Positions 58,106 to 64,000 of a DNA stretch of 64,000 nucleotides are shown here, piece after piece; position 1 is the stretch's first letter, and each line of letters begins with the position of its first letter. Made by a program: the position numbers and the translations under genes. Where the stretch lies: positions 412,266-476,265 of the forward strand of contig JBFWNW010000001.1 in the NCBI GenBank assembly GCA_050250855.1, written 5' to 3'. The notes beneath the pieces were generated by a model. That model was not told where the DNA came from. It saw nothing but the letters and a program-made list of their open reading frames with translations, and ran no database searches. Source of the stretch: Candidatus Babeliales bacterium. GTDB lineage: Bacteria > Babelota > Babeliae > Babelales > JACPOV01.

Positions 58106-58133
58106 TTGACAAATTGAATAAAGACTGTATAAT
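58106..58133 (+). promoter_or_regulatory. sigma70 promoter upstream of the effector array
   Basis: TTGACA-N16-TATAAT. Confidence 0.7.
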
Positions 58134-58170
58134 AGTGTTTAGATATGATTATAATAAAAATGGAGACTTT

Positions 58171-58731
58171 ATGACTTCTACTTCTTTAAAAACAATATTT
58201 ACAATGCTCATCCTTGGTGCTACATCTGTGCATACCATGGAAAATAATAGATTTTTTCCTTTTGTTGTACAAAAAAAGGAAAAGCTAGAAATGCGAGTAT
58301 TGAGCCCTGAAGAGGCTCGAGAGGATGTACAAAGATGGTCAGATTTATCTGAAAAATCTAAACAGCAGATTATTGACGCTTTTAGAGAATCTGGCGATGA
58401 AAATGAAGAGCTATATTATTTTTGCCTCTTGACCTGGGAGAAAATTCTGACGTGGCCTATCTTAAATTACGAAGATAAAATGCTGGTGATTAACCAAATT
58501 GCTATAGGAACAAATTTCAGCAACCAAATTATAATTAACAACAAACTTATTAATGCTGCTGATTATTTTAAAAAGCTCGAAGAAAAATATGCACTCAAAC
58601 TTTTAAATGAAATGAGTGATAATTGGTCGCAGCTAGAAAAAAAAGAGAAAAAAAGAGTGCTCATGTTATCACAACAATATGAAGATAATGATCATTATCA
58701 AGAACGCATAAAAAGACTTAATAGTAAATAA
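58171..58731 (+). CDS. secreted hypothetical protein
   Basis: RBS GGAG; signal ..SVHT-MEN. Confidence 0.6.
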   Translation: MTSTSLKTIFTMLILGATSVHTMENNRFFPFVVQKKEKLEMRVLSPEEAREDVQRWSDLSEKSKQQIIDAFRESGDENEELYYFCLLTWEKILTWPILNYEDKMLVINQIAIGTNFSNQIIINNKLINAADYFKKLEEKYALKLLNEMSDNWSQLEKKEKKRVLMLSQQYEDNDHYQERIKRLNSK

Positions 58732-58735
58732 TTAA

Positions 58736-60175
58736 ATGGAGATTACTATGTTACGTAAACTATTACTTTTCACCTTACTTTTAGGAGCTATAGCTCCTGC
58801 AGCTGCAGCTTCAATCAAACTTGTATCAAACGATGATCAAGAGTTTGAGATAGAAAAAGCTGCTGCTGAACAATCAGAAACTATTAAAAATATGTTAGCC
58901 GATCTAGAAGATCAGCAAGATCAACCAATTAATTTACCTGCCATAGATGGAAAAACATTGGGACTTATTGTAGAGTTTCTGAACAACAACAAAGATTTGA
59001 GTAATCTAAATCTTTCTGATCTTATAAACCTGGTTAATGCTGCAAATGGTCTTGATATACCTAAGCTTCTTGATGCAGCTGCTAGGCTGTTAGCAGAACA
59101 TATTCAAACCAATAAAGCAAAAATTAACATTCAAGAGCTTAAAGAAAAGCTTCCCCTTGATATGCAAAAGCTCGTTGAAGCAAAGATACCCTTTAAGTTA
59201 TTACAAACTCTTACGGGGCATACGGACTCGGTCCTTTCAGTAGCATGGTCACCAGATGGCACCAAGCTTGCATCAGGTTCATGGGACGAAACCATAAAAA
59301 TATGGGATGTAAAAACTGGCACCGAGCTTCAAACTCTTACAGGGCATACACGCTGGGTCTTTTCAGTTGCATGGTCACCAGATGGCACCAAGCTTGCATC
59401 AGGCTCATATGACAAAACCATAAAAATATGGGATGTAAAAACTGGCACAGAGCTCCAAACTCTTACGGGGCATACGGACTCGGTCCTTTCAGTTGCATGG
59501 TCACCAGATGGCACCAAGGTTGCATCAGGTTCAACTGAAAAAACCATAAAAATATGGGATGCACAAACTGGCACCGAGCTTCAAACTCTTACGGGGCATA
59601 CACACTGGGTCCTTTCAGTTGCATGGTCACCAGATTGCACCAAGCTTGCATCAGCTTCATGGGACAAGACAATAAAAATATGGGATGTAAAAACTGGCAC
59701 AGAGCTCCAAACTCTTACGGGGCATACACACTGGGTCGTTTCAGTTGCATGGTCACCAGATGGCACCAAGCTTGCATCAGGTTCAGCTGACAAAACCATA
59801 AAAATATGGGATGTAAAAACTGGCACAGAGCTCCAAACTCTCACGGGGCATACGGACTCGGTCCTTTTAGTTGCATGGTCACCAGATGGCACCAAGCTTG
59901 CATCAGGCTCAGATGACAAGACCATAAAAATATGGGATGTAAAAACTGGCGCCGAACTTCAAACTCTTACAGGCCATACAGACCTGGTCCATTCAGCAGT
60001 ATGGTCACCAGATGGTACAAAACTTGCTTCAGCTTCACATGACAAGACCATACAAATATGGAACCAAGAAAGTATTTTTTCTCACGATGAAAATAGGAAG
60101 CAACTAGCATTGACACCATCAACACAGCTTTCTGCAGCGGCAATTGTCGCCAGCCTGCTATTTTTTAATAAATAA
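58736..60175 (+). CDS. SKP1-like domain / WD40 fusion protein (7 repeats), secreted
   Basis: [27 protein letters not shown]...[15 protein letters not shown] resembles SKP1; WD40 repeats [24 protein letters not shown]; likely true start 58748. Confidence 0.9.
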   Translation: MEITMLRKLLLFTLLLGAIAPAAAASIKLVSNDDQEFEIEKAAAEQSETIKNMLADLEDQQDQPINLPAIDGKTLGLIVEFLNNNKDLSNLNLSDLINLVNAANGLDIPKLLDAAARLLAEHIQTNKAKINIQELKEKLPLDMQKLVEAKIPFKLLQTLTGHTDSVLSVAWSPDGTKLASGSWDETIKIWDVKTGTELQTLTGHTRWVFSVAWSPDGTKLASGSYDKTIKIWDVKTGTELQTLTGHTDSVLSVAWSPDGTKVASGSTEKTIKIWDAQTGTELQTLTGHTHWVLSVAWSPDCTKLASASWDKTIKIWDVKTGTELQTLTGHTHWVVSVAWSPDGTKLASGSADKTIKIWDVKTGTELQTLTGHTDSVLLVAWSPDGTKLASGSDDKTIKIWDVKTGAELQTLTGHTDLVHSAVWSPDGTKLASASHDKTIQIWNQESIFSHDENRKQLALTPSTQLSAAAIVASLLFFNK

Positions 60176-61546
60176 ATGGAGATTACTATGTTACGTAAAC
60201 TATTACTTTTCACCTTACTTTTAGGAGCTATAGCTCCTGCCGCTGCCGCTTCAATCAAACTTGTATCAAACGATGATCAAGAGTTTGAGATAGAAAAAGC
60301 TGCTGCTGAACAATCAGAAACTATTAAAAATATGTTAGCCGATCTAGAAGATCAGCAAGATCAGCCAATTAATTTACCTGCCATCGATGGAAAAACATTG
60401 GACCTGGTTGTAAAATTTCTGAAAAACACCAACAAAGGTTTGAGCAATCTAAATCTTTCTGATCTTATAAACCTGGTTAATGCTGCAAATGGTCTTGATA
60501 TACCTAAGCTCCTTGATGCAGCAACTACACTGTTGGCAAATTATATTCACAACAACAAAGCCAACATTCCAGAGGAAAATCTTCCCGTTGATATGCAAAA
60601 GCTCATTGAAGCAAAGATGCCATTTAATAATGAACCATTTAAAAATCTTACGGGGCATACAGGCGAGAAGGTCAGATCAGTTGCATGGTCGCCAAATGGC
60701 ACCAAGGTTGCATCAGGTTCAGATGATAAAACCATAAAAATATGGAATGCACAAACTGGCACAATAATCCAAACTCTTACGGGGCATAAAGACTCGGTCC
60801 GGTCAGTAGCATGGTCACCAGATGGCACCAAGGTTGCATCAGGTTCAGATGATAAAACCATAAAAATATGGAATGCACAAACTGGCACAATAATCCAAAC
60901 TCTTACGAGGCATACACACTGGGTCAATTCAGTAGCATGGTCACCAGATGGCACCAAGCTTGCATCAGGTTCAGAGGACAACACCATAAAAATATGGAAT
61001 GCACAAACTGGCACAATAATCCAAACTCTTACGGAGCATACACACTGGGTCAATTCAGTAGCATGGTCACCAGATGGCACCAAGCTTGCATCAGGTTCAG
61101 AGGACAACACCATAAAAATATGGGATGTAAAAACTGGCACCGAGCTTCAAACTCTTACGGGGTATACTGACTCGGTCCTTTCAGTAGCATGGTCACCAGA
61201 TGGCACCAAGCTTGCATCAGGCTCATATGACAAAACCATAAAAATATGGGATGCACAAACTGGCACAGAGCTTCAAACTCTTACAAGCCATACAAACGCG
61301 ATCTGGTCAGTAGCATGGTCACCAGATGGCACCAAGCTTGCATCAGGCTCAGCTGACAACACCATAGAAATATGGAAACGAGAAAGTATTTTTTCTCACG
61401 ATGAAAACAATGAAAAATCAGAAAACACAGAACCCAGTGGGCAATTGGTAACAGCAGAACCAACTGATTGGTTGTTTTACACAGGGGCATTAGCAGGATT
61501 AGCTGGACTAGGTTTTGTTGCTTACAAACTATTTTTTAATAAATAA
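60176..61546 (+). CDS. SKP1-like / WD40 fusion protein (6 repeats) with C-terminal transmembrane tail
   Basis: Same architecture; tail WLFYTGALAGLAGLGFVAYKLFFNK. Confidence 0.9.
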   Translation: MEITMLRKLLLFTLLLGAIAPAAAASIKLVSNDDQEFEIEKAAAEQSETIKNMLADLEDQQDQPINLPAIDGKTLDLVVKFLKNTNKGLSNLNLSDLINLVNAANGLDIPKLLDAATTLLANYIHNNKANIPEENLPVDMQKLIEAKMPFNNEPFKNLTGHTGEKVRSVAWSPNGTKVASGSDDKTIKIWNAQTGTIIQTLTGHKDSVRSVAWSPDGTKVASGSDDKTIKIWNAQTGTIIQTLTRHTHWVNSVAWSPDGTKLASGSEDNTIKIWNAQTGTIIQTLTEHTHWVNSVAWSPDGTKLASGSEDNTIKIWDVKTGTELQTLTGYTDSVLSVAWSPDGTKLASGSYDKTIKIWDAQTGTELQTLTSHTNAIWSVAWSPDGTKLASGSADNTIEIWKRESIFSHDENNEKSENTEPSGQLVTAEPTDWLFYTGALAGLAGLGFVAYKLFFNK

Positions 61547-62983
61547 ATGGAGATTACTATGATACGTAAACTATTACTTTTCACCTTACTTTTAGGAGCT
61601 ATAGCTCCTGCCGCTGCCGCTTCAATCAAACTTGTATCAAACGATGATCAAGAGTTTGAGATAGAAAAAGCTGCTGCTGAACAATCAGAAACTATTAAAA
61701 ATATGTTAGCCGATCTAGAAGATCAGCAAGATCAGCCAATTAATTTACCTGCCATCGATGGAAAAACATTAGGACTTGTTGTAAAATTTCTGAACAACAA
61801 CAAAGATTTGAGTAATCTAAATCTTTCTGATCTTATAAACCTGGTTAATGCTGCAAATGGTCTTGATATACCTAAGCTTCTTGATGCAGCTGCTAGGCTG
61901 TTAGCAGAACATATTCAAACCAATAAAGCAAAAATTAACATTCAAGAGCTTAAAGAAAAACTTCCCTTTGATATGCAAAGGCTCGTTGAAGCAAAAATGC
62001 TACTATTTAAAACTCTTACGGGACATACAGAAAATGTCCATTCAATAGCATGGTCACCAGATGGCACCAAGCTTGCATCAGGTTCATGGGAGCTAAAAAT
62101 ATGGAATGCACAAACTGGCACCGAGCTTCAAACTCTTACAGGGCATAGAAGCCGCATCTGGTCAGTAGCATGGTCACCAGATGGCACCAAGCTTGCATCA
62201 GGTTCACAGGACAAAACCATAAAAATATGGGATGCGCAAACTGGCACAGAGCTCCAAACTCTTACGGGGCATACAGACTCGGTCCGGTCAGTAGCATGGT
62301 CACCAGATGGCACTAAGCTTGCATCAGGTTCATTAGACAACACCTACACCATAAAAATATGGGATGCAAAAACTGGCACCGAGCTTCAAACTCTTACGGG
62401 GCATACAAACTGGGTCCGTTCAGTAGCGTGGTCACCAGATGGCACCAAGCTTGCATCAGGCTCAGATGACAAGACAATAAAAATATGGGATGCGCAAACT
62501 GGCACCGAGCTTCAAACTCTTACGGGGCATACAGGCGAGAAGGTCATTTCAGTTGCATGGTCACCTGATGGCACCAAGCTTGCATCAGGTTTATCGGACA
62601 AGACAATAAAAATATGGGATGTAAAAACTGGCACCGAGCTCCAAACTCTTACGGGGCATACACGCTGTGTCCTTTCAGTAGCATGGTCACCAGATGGCAC
62701 CAAGCTTGCATCAGGTTCACAGGACAAAACCATAAAAATATGGGATGTAAAAACTGGCGCCGAACTTCAAACTCTTACAGGCCATACAGACCTGGTCCAT
62801 TCAGTAGTATGGTCACCAGATGGCACCAAGCTTGCATCAGGTTCATGGGACGAAACCATAAAAATATGGAAAAGAGAAAGTATTTTTTCTCACGATAAAA
62901 ATAGGAAGCAACTAGCATTGACACCATCAACACAGCTTTCTGCAGCGGCAATTGTCGCCAGCCTGCTATTTTTTAATAAATAA
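61547..62983 (+). CDS. SKP1-like / WD40 fusion protein (7 repeats)
   Basis: Same architecture as the 58736 gene. Confidence 0.9.
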   Translation: MEITMIRKLLLFTLLLGAIAPAAAASIKLVSNDDQEFEIEKAAAEQSETIKNMLADLEDQQDQPINLPAIDGKTLGLVVKFLNNNKDLSNLNLSDLINLVNAANGLDIPKLLDAAARLLAEHIQTNKAKINIQELKEKLPFDMQRLVEAKMLLFKTLTGHTENVHSIAWSPDGTKLASGSWELKIWNAQTGTELQTLTGHRSRIWSVAWSPDGTKLASGSQDKTIKIWDAQTGTELQTLTGHTDSVRSVAWSPDGTKLASGSLDNTYTIKIWDAKTGTELQTLTGHTNWVRSVAWSPDGTKLASGSDDKTIKIWDAQTGTELQTLTGHTGEKVISVAWSPDGTKLASGLSDKTIKIWDVKTGTELQTLTGHTRCVLSVAWSPDGTKLASGSQDKTIKIWDVKTGAELQTLTGHTDLVHSVVWSPDGTKLASGSWDETIKIWKRESIFSHDKNRKQLALTPSTQLSAAAIVASLLFFNK

Positions 62984-64000
62984 ATGGAGATTACTATGGT
63001 ACGCAAACTATTTTTGTTAACACTTATTTTAGGAGCAATAGCTCCTGCCGCTGCAGCTTCAATCAAACTTGTATCAAACGATGATCAAGAGTTTGAGATA
63101 GAAAAAGCTGCTGCTGAACAATCAGAAACTATTAAAAATATGTTAGCCGATCTAGAAGATCAGCAAGATCAACCAATTAATTTACCTGCCATTGATGGAA
63201 AAACATTGGGACTTATTGTAGAGTTTCTACAGAAAAAGGATATTGAGGTTAAAAAATTAGATCTTGAAGCACTTATTAATCTAGTCAATGCTGCAAATGG
63301 TCTTGATATACCTAAGCTCCTTGATGCTGCGGCTACCGTTTTAGCAGAACATATTCAAACCAATAAAGCAAAAATTAACATTCAAGAGCTTAAAGAAAAG
63401 CTTCCCCTTGATATGCAAAAGCTCGTTGAAGCAAAAATGCCATTTAAGTTATTACAAACTCTTACGGGGCATACAGACTCGGTCTTTTCAGTAGCGTGGT
63501 CACCTGATGGCACCAAGCTTGCATCAGGTTCATGGGACAAGACAATAAAAATATGGAATGCACAAACTGGCACCGAGCTCCAAACTCTTACGGGGCATAC
63601 AGGCTTTGTCCATTCAGTAGCATGGTCACCAGATGGCACCAAGCTTGCATCAGGCTCATATGACAAAACCATAAAAATATGGGATGCACAAACTGGCACA
63701 GAACTCCAAACTCTTACGGGGCATACAACCTACATCCAGTCAGTAGCATGGTCACCAGATGGCACCAAGCTTGCATCAGGCTCATATGACAAAACCATAA
63801 AAATATGGGATGCACAAACTGGCACAGAACTCCAAACTCTTACAGGGCATACAGACTGGGTCATTTCAGTAGCATGGTCACCAGATGGCACTAAGCTCGC
63901 ATCAGCTGCAGATGACAACACCATAAAAATATGGGATGCACAAACTGGCACAGAGCTCCAAACTCTTACAGGGCATTCAAACTCTGTTCATTCAGTAGTA
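62984..64000 (+). CDS. SKP1-like / WD40 fusion protein, 3'-truncated by the window edge
   Basis: ATGGAGATTACTATGGTACGCAAAC start, SKP1-like domain, at least four full WD40 repeats; open to the end of the window. Confidence 0.88.
   Translation, partial: MEITMVRKLFLLTLILGAIAPAAAASIKLVSNDDQEFEIEKAAAEQSETIKNMLADLEDQQDQPINLPAIDGKTLGLIVEFLQKKDIEVKKLDLEALINLVNAANGLDIPKLLDAAATVLAEHIQTNKAKINIQELKEKLPLDMQKLVEAKMPFKLLQTLTGHTDSVFSVAWSPDGTKLASGSWDKTIKIWNAQTGTELQTLTGHTGFVHSVAWSPDGTKLASGSYDKTIKIWDAQTGTELQTLTGHTTYIQSVAWSPDGTKLASGSYDKTIKIWDAQTGTELQTLTGHTDWVISVAWSPDGTKLASAADDNTIKIWDAQTGTELQTLTGHSNSVHSVV

Larger units (their letters stand above)
59206..64000 (+). repeat. 126-bp coding WD40 repeat units in four blocks
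   Basis: Recurrent GCATGGTCACCAGATGGCACCAAGCTTGCATCAGG every ~126 bp. Confidence 0.9.

Noticed and set aside
59131..63951. Repetitive minus-strand and alternate-frame ORFs (e.g. 60547-61140)
   Set aside because: Shadows of the WD40 repeats on other frames; no RBS or independent features
59206..64000. Regular repeats with variable intervals, superficially like a CRISPR array
   Set aside because: The period is 126 bp, in frame, encoding WD40 blades; the intervals are homologous to each other and no cas genes are present
58736..64000. Diversity-generating retroelement as the source of WD40 variation
   Set aside because: No reverse transcriptase or non-coding template repeat in the window, and the changes are not evidently adenine-specific
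1..64000. tRNA, rRNA or IS transposase genes
   Set aside because: None recognised by eye; the GGTTCGA-containing hairpins belong to the REP-like family and lack a cloverleaf. tRNAscan-SE and ISEScan would confirm.

Overview
AT-rich bacterial chromosome segment. It is most likely from an intracellular parasite of protists such as Babelota/Dependentiae (TM6); this is an inference from the many signal-peptide-bearing, eukaryote-like repeat proteins and the dispersed housekeeping genes. Housekeeping genes: an FtsH-like AAA+ ATPase (partial), a TrxB-thioredoxin fusion, pepA, split LigD (PE and Pol), ftsW, murD, ileS, rplI, dnaB, ruvC, recF, dnaN and a Xer recombinase. A canonical dif site lies at 53646-53673 and replication genes converge on it, suggesting the terminus region. 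Interspersed are arrays of putative host-directed effectors: six ankyrin proteins with a C-terminal F-box-like motif, helical-repeat proteins with an acid-free leader resembling a mitochondrial presequence, a DOT1-like methyltransferase, and an F-box-like protein. Most striking is a tandem array of at least four signal peptide-SKP1-(F-box-like)-WD40-tail-anchor fusion genes whose near-identical 126-bp repeats vary mainly at the predicted binding surface, i.e. a candidate diversifying single-chain SCF adaptor system. About 15 secreted proteins would start with Met-[D/E/Q] after signal cleavage. Intergenic DNA carries modular palindromic repeats nested inside one another. Two small genes missing from the ORF track (a 15-Cys metallothionein-like peptide and a 48-aa secreted peptide) and a candidate sRNA beside dif were found. 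No rRNA, tRNA, CRISPR array or transposase was recognised.
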